Assembly: GCA_965204725.1 (NCBI GenBank)
Contig: OZ242005.1
Coordinates: 3,264,001 to 3,328,000 of the forward strand
Length of the DNA stretch: 64,000 nucleotides
Direction: 5' to 3'
Source: Candidatus Latescibacterota bacterium
GTDB taxonomy: Bacteria > Latescibacterota > UBA2968 > UBA8231
Shown: positions 9,504 through 19,385 of the stretch, in pieces
Layout: every line of letters begins with the position of its first letter
Position numbering within the stretch: the stretch's first letter is position 1
Notes under the pieces: generated by a model
Told to the model about the DNA's origin: nothing
The model's database searches: none
The model's input: the letters and a program-made list of their open reading frames with translations, nothing else
Made by a program: the position numbers and the translations under genes

Positions 9504-10640
9504 CTAAACCTTTGTCCACGCGCCGCTGTTGTTGGACGATTCCACGGCCGCCGCCACGAATTTCATGCCCGCGACGCCCTCTTGTACGCCCGGATGGGGA
9601 AAGGCCGCGGGCACATCCTGCTGGCCGCGGCGCGTGCGGATGAGCCGCTCGATAGTGGTGTGGAGGTTGGCGAGGGCCGGGAAGAAGTCCTCGTGGTGCC
9701 CCGAAGGCACTCGCAGGTACGAGGCGACGGCCGCCGGCAGGTCGAATTCAGCGCCAATCCAATAGGTAATGTCGCGGCCATCGCCGTGGCGCACGAGCAG
9801 GCATTCGGCCCGCTCCTGACGCCATTCGATTGAGCCTTGGGTGCCAAAGACGCGGAAGCCGTTGTCGTTGCGATAGCCGACTGCGATTTGCGTGGCCGTG
9901 ATCAGGGCGGTGCCGCCGTTTTCCAGCTCGCCGATCACGTTGAAATCGTCGTCGAGCACGCGGCCTTCGACAAAGGTGTTGAGGCGCGCCGAGACCCGCT
10001 CAATGTCCAGCCCGGTCACCCAAGTCGCGGCGATGAAGGCGTGAGTGCCAATGTCGCCGCCGCAATTGGAAATACCCGTGCGCTCGGGATCGGTGCGCCA
10101 AGACGCCTGCTGCTGGCCGGTCTGTTCGAGGGCCGTGGCCAGCCAGCCCTGATGATACCAAGAATCCACCTTGCGGACTTGGCCGATTTCGCCGCTTTGG
10201 ATCATTTCTTTGGCCAGCATCATCATGGGATGGCCCGTATAGGTATGGGCCAGCACAAAGGGGACAGACTCGCGCTCGACGATGCTCGCCAAGTCTTGGG
10301 CTTCGGCGACCGTTAGGGTCATTGGCTTTTCGCAGAGCACTGGGATGCCGGCTTGCAAAAAGGCTTTGGCTGGCTCGTAGTGGGCGAAGTTGGGGGTGAC
10401 GATGGTGACGTAATCAAGGGCTTGCTCGCCGCTTTGCACCGCCTCTAACAAGGCCCGATAGGTGGGATACCCCTCAATGTCGTAGTCGTCGGCCGCGCGC
10501 ATGGCCGCCTCTGGGTCGGAGCGCAGCGCACCCGCGACCAATTCGCGGCTGGCGTCGAGCGCGATGGCGCGGTTGTGGACCATGCCAAAAAAGGAATCGG
10601 GGCCGCCGCCGCCGATCATGCCTACTTTGAGTTTGCTCAT
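9504..10640 (-). CDS. Gfo/Idh/MocA family oxidoreductase
   Basis: KVGMIGGG, VTPNFAH, VLCEKP, WRTDP, GDIGTH. Confidence 0.92.
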   Translation of the reverse strand: MSKLKVGMIGGGGPDSFFGMVHNRAIALDASRELVAGALRSDPEAAMRAADDYDIEGYPTYRALLEAVQSGEQALDYVTIVTPNFAHYEPAKAFLQAGIPVLCEKPMTLTVAEAQDLASIVERESVPFVLAHTYTGHPMMMLAKEMIQSGEIGQVRKVDSWYHQGWLATALEQTGQQQASWRTDPERTGISNCGGDIGTHAFIAATWVTGLDIERVSARLNTFVEGRVLDDDFNVIGELENGGTALITATQIAVGYRNDNGFRVFGTQGSIEWRQERAECLLVRHGDGRDITYWIGAEFDLPAAVASYLRVPSGHHEDFFPALANLHTTIERLIRTRRGQQDVPAAFPHPGVQEGVAGMKFVAAAVESSNNSGAWTKV

Positions 10641-10676
10641 GGAATTTTCTCCCAAAATGTATTGTTGCAGTGCTCT

Positions 10677-10704
10677 ATTTTAATTTGGAACCTCTACCTG
10701 TCAA
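10677..10704 (-). promoter_or_regulatory. Sigma70-type promoter for the Gfo/Idh/MocA gene
   Basis: Minus strand TTGACA-N16-TAAAAT, 37 nt upstream of the ATG. Confidence 0.65.
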
Positions 10705-10706
10705 AC

Positions 10707-11453
10707 TCACGGGACGCGCCGTGCGGCCGTAGGTAGTCCTTGTTGCAATTGGCTGGCGTCTAGCCCGCGGTTGAAGGCATAGCGTTTGTAGGCCAATACC
10801 AGCGAGATGTCGGCTTGGCGTATTTCTACTCGGCGCGGCAGGTACAGCGCGTCTTCTCGGCGGTATTCTCCAAGCTCGCGGAGCAGGACATCGCCCTCGG
10901 GCAGCGGCAGACTCTCACGCACGACCAAGCCGCGGCGCAGGTCCAGCCACGCCCGCCGCCCGTCGGCGAGCGCGACCACCGCGTGGTCGGCGCGGGGATA
11001 CTCAACCGGCTCGGCGATGGAACCCGGCTCGACGAGGCCGAGCAAGACGTAGCGCAGATCGCCGGCCCCAAAGTCCAGCCCCGTCAGCGCGGTTAGCAGC
11101 CGGCCGCGCATTGTTCCTTTTAAGGGCTGGTCCATGCCGCGGCCATACACGGTCAGGCTGTCGCCTTCGAGTAGGGCCGTAAAAATGTGGGTGAAAAAGG
11201 GACCGCGCACTTCGACGCGGCAGAGATCGGGATTGATTAGCTGCACGAGGGCCGTCCCCCGCTCGCGCACCGGGCCGCGCCGCAGCTCAATGGCCGCTTC
11301 GGCCGTCAGGTCCTCGAACTGGGCCAGCGACGCCGAGGCGGCGAGCAAGGCGGCCGGTCCTTGGTCCGCATCCCAGCCTTGGCGCACCACCGGCGGCGGA
11401 GTGCAAGCCAACGCGAGGGCGCAGAGCGCGAACCGCTTAGACCACGTGGGCAT
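10707..11453 (-). CDS. Lipoprotein, LolB-like / DUF4292-like
   Basis: Lipobox ALAC; predicted beta-rich; TGATG-coupled to the upstream TPR gene, a common TPR-lolB arrangement. Confidence 0.65.
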   Translation of the reverse strand: MPTWSKRFALCALALACTPPPVVRQGWDADQGPAALLAASASLAQFEDLTAEAAIELRRGPVRERGTALVQLINPDLCRVEVRGPFFTHIFTALLEGDSLTVYGRGMDQPLKGTMRGRLLTALTGLDFGAGDLRYVLLGLVEPGSIAEPVEYPRADHAVVALADGRRAWLDLRRGLVVRESLPLPEGDVLLRELGEYRREDALYLPRRVEIRQADISLVLAYKRYAFNRGLDASQLQQGLPTAARRVP

Positions 11454-13345
11454 CACGGCCGCAGCTTGCGCCGGACCTCTTCGTTGTCCGGCGCGAGTTC
11501 CAGCACCTTTTGCCAATGGGCGCGCGCCTCGCCCGTTTTGCCGAGCGCGCTGGCAATGTCGCCAGCGTGGTCGAAGATCACGGCCTGCTCCTCGGGATCG
11601 CCCTCGTCCATCTGCTCCAAGGCTTGTTGCAGGTAGTGTTCGGCCTGCGCTAGCTCGCCGAGGCGGAAATAGGCCCAACCGATGCTGTCGAGGAACGCGC
11701 TGTTGTCCGGCTCTATTGCGATCGCCTTCTCCAAGAGCTCGACCGCTTCTGTCAGCCGTACGCCCTTGTCCGCGTACATGTAGCCGAGGTAGTTGAGGGC
11801 GTAGGCATCGTTTGGCTCAATCGCCAATAGGCGCTGAAAGGTCTCTATGGCGCGATCGAAGTACTCGTCGCGGCCCAGTTTGCGCGAAGCCTGCTCATAG
11901 CAGGAGCCGAGGTAAAAGAGCGCGTGGCTTTTGTCGCTGGCGAGCGCGACAGCCTGATTCAGCTTCTCCAGCGCCGCTTCCCAGCGCTCCAATTCCTCTA
12001 GGGCGATGCCCCAGTGCAAAAAGGTCGGGCTGGCCGCGGAGTCGAGCGCGGCCGCTGTTTCGTATTGGGCCAGCGCGGCTTCCCACTGCCCCTGCCGCCC
12101 CAAGCTGATCCCCCACCGCACGTGCAGCACGGCGTGCTCTGGGGATACGCTGAGTCCTTGGCGATAGACGTCAATGGCCGCTGTCCAAGCGTCTTGTTGC
12201 TCTAGCGCAAGTCCCCAGTACAGATATATATCAACGGCGTCGGGCAGGTGCTCAAGGCCGCGCTGGTACACGGCGATGGCCTCGTCGTAGCGCTCGGTGC
12301 TCTCTAGGACGGTCCCCCAGTACAGGTAAATCTCGCTGCTATCGGGCATGGCTTCGGCCGCTTGGCCGAGGACGGCGGTGGCGGAATCGTAATCCTCCAA
12401 GTAGATGTAGTAGCGCACTAGGTCGGTCCACTGTTCGACCGTTTGCGGCTGCATCTCGACGATGCGCTTAAAGACCAACGTTGCTTGGTCGTATTTGCCG
12501 GCCTCGGACAGGGCCATTCCCAAGTGATAGAGCACCTCGGCCCCCTCTTCGGCGAGGATTTCCTCTAGGTCGTGCTCGGAGACCATGAGCCGCGCCAAGT
12601 AGTAAGGGACGCTGCTGTCGGGCAGGCGTCTAGCGGCCTGTCGGTAGATGGCGATGGCCTCGTGGCGATCCCCCTGCGCCAGCTTGAGTTCGGCCAGACC
12701 GAGATAGGCGTCCTCAATCGTGGGGTCGGCCGCGAGGACCCGATGATAGATGTGCTCGGCCTCTTTTTGTCGGCTGATGCGAGAAAAAATGCTGGCTATG
12801 TCCACCGCGACCTCTGGCGGCACTTGCTCTTGGGCGAGCACCTCCTTGAAGAGCGGAGCGATTTGCTCGGTTTGGCCCGTTTCAAAGTAGAGATAGGCCA
12901 AGTGGCGGTAGAGCGGCCAATTGTCCGGCTCGTAGCGCAGCAGTTGTTCGATGTGGCCGATGGCGGCCTCGCGGTAGCCTTCGCTCTCCAAGAGCCGAAT
13001 CAGCATGCGGCGTAACCGCACTTGGCTGCCTTCCAATGATAGGCTCTTGTGGGCAAAGTGGGCGGTCATACGGGGGTCGTTGATGCGCTGGTAGTTGTAA
13101 GCGAGGCGGGCGTAGATGGTGGGCGAGGTCGGGTCGAGGTCGGCTGCAGAGCGCAGGGCGACTATCGCGCCGAGGTAGTTGTGCTGGGCTTCAAAGATCT
13201 TGGCCTTGACAAAGTATTGCATGGCTTGTTTGGGGTCTGTCGGCTCTGCGGGCGCGGGCGCGTTGTGGCCCCTCAGGCCCGCGCAGCCGCCTGCTGACAG
13301 CGCGAGGGCGCAGAGCAGGGGAAGGAGATGCGAGACATTATTCAT
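11453..13345 (-). CDS. Tetratricopeptide-repeat lipoprotein
   Basis: Lipobox-like SAGGC; many TPRs; ALNYLGYMYAD, DSIGWAYF, DHAGDI. Confidence 0.9.
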   Translation of the reverse strand: MNNVSHLLPLLCALALSAGGCAGLRGHNAPAPAEPTDPKQAMQYFVKAKIFEAQHNYLGAIVALRSAADLDPTSPTIYARLAYNYQRINDPRMTAHFAHKSLSLEGSQVRLRRMLIRLLESEGYREAAIGHIEQLLRYEPDNWPLYRHLAYLYFETGQTEQIAPLFKEVLAQEQVPPEVAVDIASIFSRISRQKEAEHIYHRVLAADPTIEDAYLGLAELKLAQGDRHEAIAIYRQAARRLPDSSVPYYLARLMVSEHDLEEILAEEGAEVLYHLGMALSEAGKYDQATLVFKRIVEMQPQTVEQWTDLVRYYIYLEDYDSATAVLGQAAEAMPDSSEIYLYWGTVLESTERYDEAIAVYQRGLEHLPDAVDIYLYWGLALEQQDAWTAAIDVYRQGLSVSPEHAVLHVRWGISLGRQGQWEAALAQYETAAALDSAASPTFLHWGIALEELERWEAALEKLNQAVALASDKSHALFYLGSCYEQASRKLGRDEYFDRAIETFQRLLAIEPNDAYALNYLGYMYADKGVRLTEAVELLEKAIAIEPDNSAFLDSIGWAYFRLGELAQAEHYLQQALEQMDEGDPEEQAVIFDHAGDIASALGKTGEARAHWQKVLELAPDNEEVRRKLRP

Positions 13346-13391
13346 AAGCAAAAGATAAACCTGTATTAACGGTGTCTAGGAAGTCAGAAGC

Positions 13392-14237
13392 CTAAACTTT
13401 CGGATCTAAGGCGTCTCTAAGCCCGTCGCCAAAGAGGTTGAGGGCGAGGACGACCGCGAAGATGGCCAGCCCGGGAAACGCCATGACCCAAGGAGCTTGC
13501 AAGAGCAGCTCGCGCCCCCCGGATAGCATGGCCCCCCACTCGGGGGTCGGCGGCTGGGCACCCAAGCCCAAAAAGCTCAATCCGGCCGCGTCGAGGATGG
13601 CCGTGCCCAAGCTGAGCGTGGCTTGCACGATGAGCGGAACCGTGCAGTTGGGCAAGATGCTGTAAAACAGCAGCCGCCATTCGCTCGCCCCCAAGGCGCG
13701 CACAGCCTCGATATAGGTGGCCTCGCGCACGGTCAACACCGAGGAGCGCATGAGGCGGGCAAATTGCGGCACCAACACGATGCTGACGGCGAGGATGGCG
13801 TTGTCAATGCCCGGCCCGATGATGGCGACGATGGCAATGGCCAGTAGGATGCTAGGGAAGGCCAGCATCAGATCCATCAGTCGCATGATGAGCATGTCGG
13901 CGGCCCCGCCGCGATACCCGGCCACCAAGCCGAGCAAGGTGCCGGTAGAAGCGGCCAGCGCGATGGCGACTAGGCCGATCCGCAATGAGATGCGGGCGCC
14001 GTACACGATGCGGCTGAAAATGTCGCGGCCAAAATCGTCGGTTCCCAGCCAGTGGATCAGCGACGGCGGCTGCAAGCGCGCATAGAGGTTTTGCGCCAGT
14101 GGATCATAAGGGGCCAAAAGCGGCGCCAGCAGCGCGACCAGAAACGCACTCGCCAAGACCCCGCCGCCGACCAGCGCGAGGTGCTGCTTGCCGAGTTGCC
14201 GCAGTTGACCGGCGACGTGTGGAATCATCTCAAGCAT
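13392..14237 (-). CDS. dppC: Peptide ABC transporter permease DppC
   Basis: HWLGTDDFGRDIFSR, GARISL, LSFLGLG, PEWGAM, GDGLRDALDP. Confidence 0.92.
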   Translation of the reverse strand: MLEMIPHVAGQLRQLGKQHLALVGGGVLASAFLVALLAPLLAPYDPLAQNLYARLQPPSLIHWLGTDDFGRDIFSRIVYGARISLRIGLVAIALAASTGTLLGLVAGYRGGAADMLIMRLMDLMLAFPSILLAIAIVAIIGPGIDNAILAVSIVLVPQFARLMRSSVLTVREATYIEAVRALGASEWRLLFYSILPNCTVPLIVQATLSLGTAILDAAGLSFLGLGAQPPTPEWGAMLSGGRELLLQAPWVMAFPGLAIFAVVLALNLFGDGLRDALDPKV

Positions 14238-14247
14238 GGCAGTCTGC

Positions 14248-16431
14248 TTAGTTAGGCTCTAGAACCAACACGCCCAGCGGCGGCAGGCGCAACCGCGCCG
14301 AATGCGGTTGGCCATGGCAGGCGATGTGCTCGGTTTGCACCCAGCCGCCGTGGCCGATGCCGCTCCCCCCGTAGATTTCGGCGTCGCTGTTGAGCACCTC
14401 GCGGTACGGCCCGGCGGCTGGCAGCCCGAGCTGGTAGTCCGCTCGGGGGACTGGGGTGAAATTGCAGACAAAAATCAGGGGTTTTTCGCCCTCGGCGCGG
14501 CGCACAAAAGCCGCGACGCTCTGCGCGGAGTCCGAGCAGTCAATCCACTCAAAACCATCGGGATGGGCATCGGTGCGGTGCAGGGCCGCACAGCGGCGAT
14601 AGAGCTGGTTGAGGTCGCAGAGCCAGCGATAGACGCCGCTGTGCCCCTCGTCGGCGAGCAGGTGCCAAGGCAGCTCGCCTTGGTGATCCCACTCTTCCCA
14701 CTGCGCCAGTTCGGCCCCCATAAAGAGCAGCTTCTTGCCCGGGTGCCCGTACATAAAGCCGTAGAGCAAGCGCAAGTTGGCCCGTTGCTGCCAAGCGTCC
14801 CCGGGCATCTTGCTCAAGAGCGAGTGCTTGCCGTGGACCACCTCGTCGTGCGACAGCGGCAGCACGAAGTTTTCGCTATAGGCGTAGAGCATGCCAAAGG
14901 TCAGGTCGCCTTGGTGGTGGCGACGGTGGATCGGATCGCGCTGCATGTAGCGCAGCACGTCGTTCATCCAGCCCATGTTCCACTTGAAGTTAAAGCCGAG
15001 GCCGCCGCTGGCAGCCGGCCGGGAGACCTCCGGCCAAGCGGTCGATTCCTCGGCGATCATCAAGGCCCCGGGGCAGTGCTCGCCAATGGCCGCGTTGAGC
15101 TGCCGGAGGAAATCGATGGCTTCGAGGTTTTCGCGCCCGCCGTAGGCGTTGGGCACCCATTCCCCTCCTAGGCGCGAGTAGTCGAGATAGAGCATGGAGG
15201 CCACGGCATCGACGCGCAGGCCGTCGAGGTGAAAGCGCTCGAGCCAAAAAAGGGCATTGGAAATGAGAAAGGAGCGGACTTCGGCGCGACCATAGTTGAA
15301 TATGCAGGTCTGCCAATCGGGATGCCGTCCTTGGCGCGGGTCGCAGTGCTCGTAGAGGCTGGTGCCGTCAAACTGGGCCAAGCCGTGGGCGTCGCCCGGA
15401 AAGTGCGCGGGCACCCAATCGAGAATCACGCCGATGGCGTGGCGGTGGCAATAGTCGATGAAATAAGCAAAGTCCTCGGGCGCACCAAAGCGCGCACTCG
15501 GCGCGAAATACCCCGTTCCCTGATACCCCCACGAGCCGTCGAAGGGATGCTCGGCCACCGGCATCAGCTCAATGTGGGTAAAACCTAGCTCGGCCACGTG
15601 GGCGACCAATTGGTGAGCCAGCGTGCGATAGTCGAGATAGGCAGTGCCATTGCGCCGCCACGAGCCGAGATGCACCTCGTAGATGGCGAGGGGCGCTTCC
15701 AACGAGTTGTGTGCTCGACGCTCGGCCATCCAAGCGTCGTCCCCCCAAGCGAACGCATCGTCCCGGCAGACCGCCGAAGCGGTGCGGGGTGGCCGTTCCG
15801 TTGCAAAGGCAAAGGGATCGCTCTTGAGCAGGATGGTTCCTTGGCGGCTGAGGATTTCGTACTTGTAGAGTGCGCCCGCGCCCACCTCTGGGACGAACAG
15901 TTCCCAGACCCCGGACGCGCCCAGCGAGCGCATGCAGTGCCGCCGGCCGTCCCAGTGGTTGAAGTCGCCGACCGCGCTGACCCGGCGGGCATTCGGTGCC
16001 CACACCGCAAAATACGTGCCCTCTGCGCCGTCGATGCAGCGCGGATGTGCCCCCAGCGCTTCGTAGGCGCGGTAGTGGGTTCCTTCGTTGAAGAGGTATT
16101 GGTCTTGGGACGCGAGCTGCGGCCAGAATGAGTATGGGTCGCGGCAGGAGCGAACCTCGCCCTGCGCGTCTGTTATCGCTAGATGGTATGCAAAGGGCGA
16201 GCGGCGGTCGGCAATCCGCGCCTCGAACAACCCCTCGGCATGGGTCTTGGCGGCCTGAAAGCTCGCACCTTGCCCTCCCCGCTCCACGACTTGGACGCTC
16301 GCCGCATCGGGCCGGAACACGCGCACGACCCATCCCTCGTCTAAGGGGTGCATCCCCAAGTACGCGAACACATCGGCGCACTCGCCGTGCAAAAGGGCCT
16401 TCATTATCTGCGGATCAAGCGTTGCCTGCAT
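14248..16431 (-). CDS. glgB: 1,4-alpha-glucan branching enzyme (GH13)
   Basis: [46 protein letters not shown]. Confidence 0.96.
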   Translation of the reverse strand: MQATLDPQIMKALLHGECADVFAYLGMHPLDEGWVVRVFRPDAASVQVVERGGQGASFQAAKTHAEGLFEARIADRRSPFAYHLAITDAQGEVRSCRDPYSFWPQLASQDQYLFNEGTHYRAYEALGAHPRCIDGAEGTYFAVWAPNARRVSAVGDFNHWDGRRHCMRSLGASGVWELFVPEVGAGALYKYEILSRQGTILLKSDPFAFATERPPRTASAVCRDDAFAWGDDAWMAERRAHNSLEAPLAIYEVHLGSWRRNGTAYLDYRTLAHQLVAHVAELGFTHIELMPVAEHPFDGSWGYQGTGYFAPSARFGAPEDFAYFIDYCHRHAIGVILDWVPAHFPGDAHGLAQFDGTSLYEHCDPRQGRHPDWQTCIFNYGRAEVRSFLISNALFWLERFHLDGLRVDAVASMLYLDYSRLGGEWVPNAYGGRENLEAIDFLRQLNAAIGEHCPGALMIAEESTAWPEVSRPAASGGLGFNFKWNMGWMNDVLRYMQRDPIHRRHHQGDLTFGMLYAYSENFVLPLSHDEVVHGKHSLLSKMPGDAWQQRANLRLLYGFMYGHPGKKLLFMGAELAQWEEWDHQGELPWHLLADEGHSGVYRWLCDLNQLYRRCAALHRTDAHPDGFEWIDCSDSAQSVAAFVRRAEGEKPLIFVCNFTPVPRADYQLGLPAAGPYREVLNSDAEIYGGSGIGHGGWVQTEHIACHGQPHSARLRLPPLGVLVLEPN

Positions 16432-16462
16432 GGTCGCACTCGAGATGGGCTTGTGTAGCCCT

Positions 16463-16930
16463 CTATTTCGAGGGGGTTATATCGGGAAAGAAGGCGGCGA
16501 CAATTTTCCACTCGCCCTTGATATAGCCCGTGAACCATATATTCTGACAATCGTCCCAGCGAACATAGACCTCACCGGTATCCGAGCGCCAGCACCCCGA
16601 CTCCCGCACTACGGATATGGCCATATTGCCGCGAATATCCGTTTGCACTATTTGCTGCTCCTGCTCGTAGTTGGCTCCCGCGGGCATGCGCGTCTCCCCC
16701 CATTCCTGCATCTCGCTCTGCACCAAGAATAGGTGTGGCACCCAGTCCGTAGGATCGGTTGAGCCACACCCGAACCAGCGGAAATAGCTCTCGTCGTGGC
16801 ACGCGCGGACCGCATCCCAATCCTTTTCCCGGTGGGCCTGCTGGTAGCGGTTGAGTAGGCGGTGGATCGCCTCGATATTGGCTTGGTCTCTATCTCTATC
16901 CATGTCGTCTTTGCGGTCTGGCTCCAGCAT
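16463..16930 (-). CDS. SnoaL/NTF2-like domain protein
   Basis: [22 protein letters not shown] and C-terminal GEWKIV are typical of the NTF2 fold. Start 16930 or 16903. Confidence 0.7.
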   Translation of the reverse strand: MLEPDRKDDMDRDRDQANIEAIHRLLNRYQQAHREKDWDAVRACHDESYFRWFGCGSTDPTDWVPHLFLVQSEMQEWGETRMPAGANYEQEQQIVQTDIRGNMAISVVRESGCWRSDTGEVYVRWDDCQNIWFTGYIKGEWKIVAAFFPDITPSK

Positions 16931-17297
16931 CTACGGTAAACGTATAGCCCACGCCGACCGGCACTTCGCATTCATCGACTTCGCGCACTATGGACTTGAC
17001 TTCTTTCGCTTCGGCTGTCGACGGGATCGGCCGGCTGTCCCGCGCCCGTGCCGAGGTCGGTACGACGACCGAGTCGGTGCCGATGTACGCGATGGCGATG
17101 GTATATCCCAGCCCGTTTTGCAACTCCTCAACCCGGCCGGCGAAGGCTTGCCGCAGAGCCTTGCGGCGCTCTCGCTCCGGCTCACTATGCAAGAGCCGGG
17201 TCAGCGTCTTTGCGGCGAGGTTTTCCGGCAGGGCCGGGTCGTAGGCCGACAGTAGCTGCGATAGTTGATCTCCGGTGCGGGGTTTCTCGGGTTCCAT
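16896..17297 (-). CDS. Hypothetical protein, candidate soluble anti-sigma factor
   Basis: Starts 5 nt after the sigma stop. N-terminal DQLSQLLSAY.P.LPENLAAK resembles anti-sigma-domain helices; no TM segment. Confidence 0.5.
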   Translation of the reverse strand: MEPEKPRTGDQLSQLLSAYDPALPENLAAKTLTRLLHSEPERERRKALRQAFAGRVEELQNGLGYTIAIAYIGTDSVVVPTSARARDSRPIPSTAEAKEVKSIVREVDECEVPVGVGYTFTVDAGARPQRRHG

Positions 17298-17302
17298 TGC
17301 GC

Positions 17303-17860
17303 TCACTCGATCAAATCGGATAGGCTTGTCCGCAGTTGCTGGCGGGCCGCGTGCAGACGCCAGCGCACAGCGCCTACCGAGCAACCCACTGTTTCGGCGA
17401 TCTCCTCGTAAGAGAGCTCGTGGTATTCGCGCAAAACTACGACCATGCGCCGTTCGTCGTCAAGATTCTCAAGCGCCATGCGGATTCTACGCGCCAACTC
17501 GGCGTCCCGCGCTGATCCCGCCGCCATGAACTGGCGATCGAGATCGATGTCGCGCTCGACCGACAGGTGGACCCGGCGCTGGCTATACTTGTGGTGGTCG
17601 CGGCATAAGTTGCTGGCGATGGCCCAGAACCACGAGCGGAAACGCGTTGGATCATCGAGGCTGTGGAGGGCCTCATAAACGCGCACGAAGGTCTCTTGCG
17701 CCAGATCTTCCGCATCCGCTCTCCGGCCCGTCATGCGACAGAAAAACAAAAAAACTCCGTCTTGGTAGCGGGAGACCAAACTGGCGAAGGCGGCCATATC
17801 GCCCTCGGCAAAACGCCGTACCAATGCTTCGTCTGTAGGATCGTTTGCGTACCCATCCAT
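17303..17860 (-). CDS. ECF RNA polymerase sigma factor
   Basis: DAEDLAQETF, FRSWFWAIASN (region 2); LSYEEIAETVGCSVGAVRWRLHAAR (region 4). Confidence 0.92.
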   Translation of the reverse strand: MDGYANDPTDEALVRRFAEGDMAAFASLVSRYQDGVFLFFCRMTGRRADAEDLAQETFVRVYEALHSLDDPTRFRSWFWAIASNLCRDHHKYSQRRVHLSVERDIDLDRQFMAAGSARDAELARRIRMALENLDDERRMVVVLREYHELSYEEIAETVGCSVGAVRWRLHAARQQLRTSLSDLIE

Positions 17861-17920
17861 CCCGTGCCGATGTCCAGCTTCCACTTTCTACCCTCGCCCG
17901 TATCAAACCCCATTTCGCAC

Positions 17921-19171
17921 TCACGCCGACGCCTCTCTGACCCGCTGAGCGGCCAGCATCCTGAACGGCACGACGCTGATGCAGGTTATGGCAACGCCTA
18001 AAAGAAAAAGCTGCGTATAGCCCATGCTGAGGGCTAGCCGCCCTCCACCAAAGGCGGTGATCGCGTAGCCCATCAAGGCGGTGGTCGTCGTCACCGCCGA
18101 CATCGTCGCCCTCCAGCGCGGTCCGACCAACTCTTGGTGAAAGACGGTAAACGCAGGCATGCGAACCGCGGTCAACGCGATGACGCTGATATACCCTAGG
18201 CCAGCGGTCTCCCAACGGGGAATAAGGGCCATTGGCAGCAGAGCCAAGGCAATGCCGAGCGTGGTGTACGTAAAGACCTGGACGTGACTTGTTTTCGCCA
18301 GCGCGTACGGCGCGACTAGGGCTGCGGGGACGGAGAGCAGTTGCGCCAGCCCGATCAGCCAGCCGATGGAGGGCGGAGCGATCCCGAGTTCCGCGTCTAG
18401 ATACACGTTGAAAAAGGTGCGGGCCACAGCGACCCCCGGAGCGGCGAGCAAGCTGATCAGGCCAATCGCCATTAACGGCGCGGCCGGTCGCGTCCCGTTT
18501 TCGCCCTCCGCAGCCGCAGCCGACTGTTCTTGGCCGCTATCCCCCGCGGTTGAGCCGAACAGCACGAGCGACGGAGCTAGGACGAGCGAGGCCACGAGCA
18601 GACTACACTGGTAGGGGACGAGCCCGCCACAATCGGTTAGCCGGGCGAAAACCTGCGGCAGTGCTCCCCCTAGGACGCTGCCGGCAAAGCCGAAAAGCGG
18701 CCAGACCGCCCCGCGCAAGGAGAATACGAGCGAGCGGTTGTCGGCGGCCGTGGCCGACATCAGAAAGGGGCTGCTATTAACCATATAGGTAGCAAAGCCA
18801 CAGTTGATGACCACTTGTACCGCGGCGATCCACCCCGTGCGTAGCGGGCCGAAAAAGAACCCAGCCAACGACATGAGCAGATACCCCACGACCATGAGTG
18901 TCATACCCCCCACCAGAGTTCGCCGGTATCCAGCCCGGTGCGCCCAGTTGCTGGCTATCGGGCTGAAAAGGGCGAAGCTCAGCAAGCCGATGGCGTTGAA
19001 GCGACCGACTAGATCGACGCCATAGTCCATCCTCAGCAGATAGAGATTGAATAGGACGCTGTAGATGCCAAACGCCGAAAACCCGATCAGGGCGGCGCAA
19101 GCCATATATAGCTTGACATCCCTCTCAAAGCGGGCGAGGAAATGCCTCATATCTGGCGTCGTGCGATACAT
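17921..19171 (-). CDS. MFS transporter
   Basis: About 12 hydrophobic segments; LFNLYL and a motif-A-like HRAGYRR. Start uncertain (19150-19210). Confidence 0.85.
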   Translation of the reverse strand: MYRTTPDMRHFLARFERDVKLYMACAALIGFSAFGIYSVLFNLYLLRMDYGVDLVGRFNAIGLLSFALFSPIASNWAHRAGYRRTLVGGMTLMVVGYLLMSLAGFFFGPLRTGWIAAVQVVINCGFATYMVNSSPFLMSATAADNRSLVFSLRGAVWPLFGFAGSVLGGALPQVFARLTDCGGLVPYQCSLLVASLVLAPSLVLFGSTAGDSGQEQSAAAAEGENGTRPAAPLMAIGLISLLAAPGVAVARTFFNVYLDAELGIAPPSIGWLIGLAQLLSVPAALVAPYALAKTSHVQVFTYTTLGIALALLPMALIPRWETAGLGYISVIALTAVRMPAFTVFHQELVGPRWRATMSAVTTTTALMGYAITAFGGGRLALSMGYTQLFLLGVAITCISVVPFRMLAAQRVREASA

Positions 19172-19385
19172 ATACAGGGAGACGAGCGAGTGCGGCGTAC
19201 GTTTGTACAAAAATCAGAACGGGCCTGTTGGAGCGAAATCAATGGCCAAAGTGGGGTGATAAGGCTGTTGTGACGCAAGGGACCGTAGTTGTTTGTCCCG
19301 GTCTAAGTACGCGACACCCATGTATTGTTATATTTAAGTGCCGTTACGCAGTACGCCGCCTAGGCGCATCCGACCTACTTTGACT

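Noticed and set aside
19211-19385. Intergenic region as a riboswitch or sRNA (also 57750-57830 and 61185-61335)
   Set aside because: No recognisable aptamer or tRNA motifs by eye; an Rfam/Infernal search would be needed.
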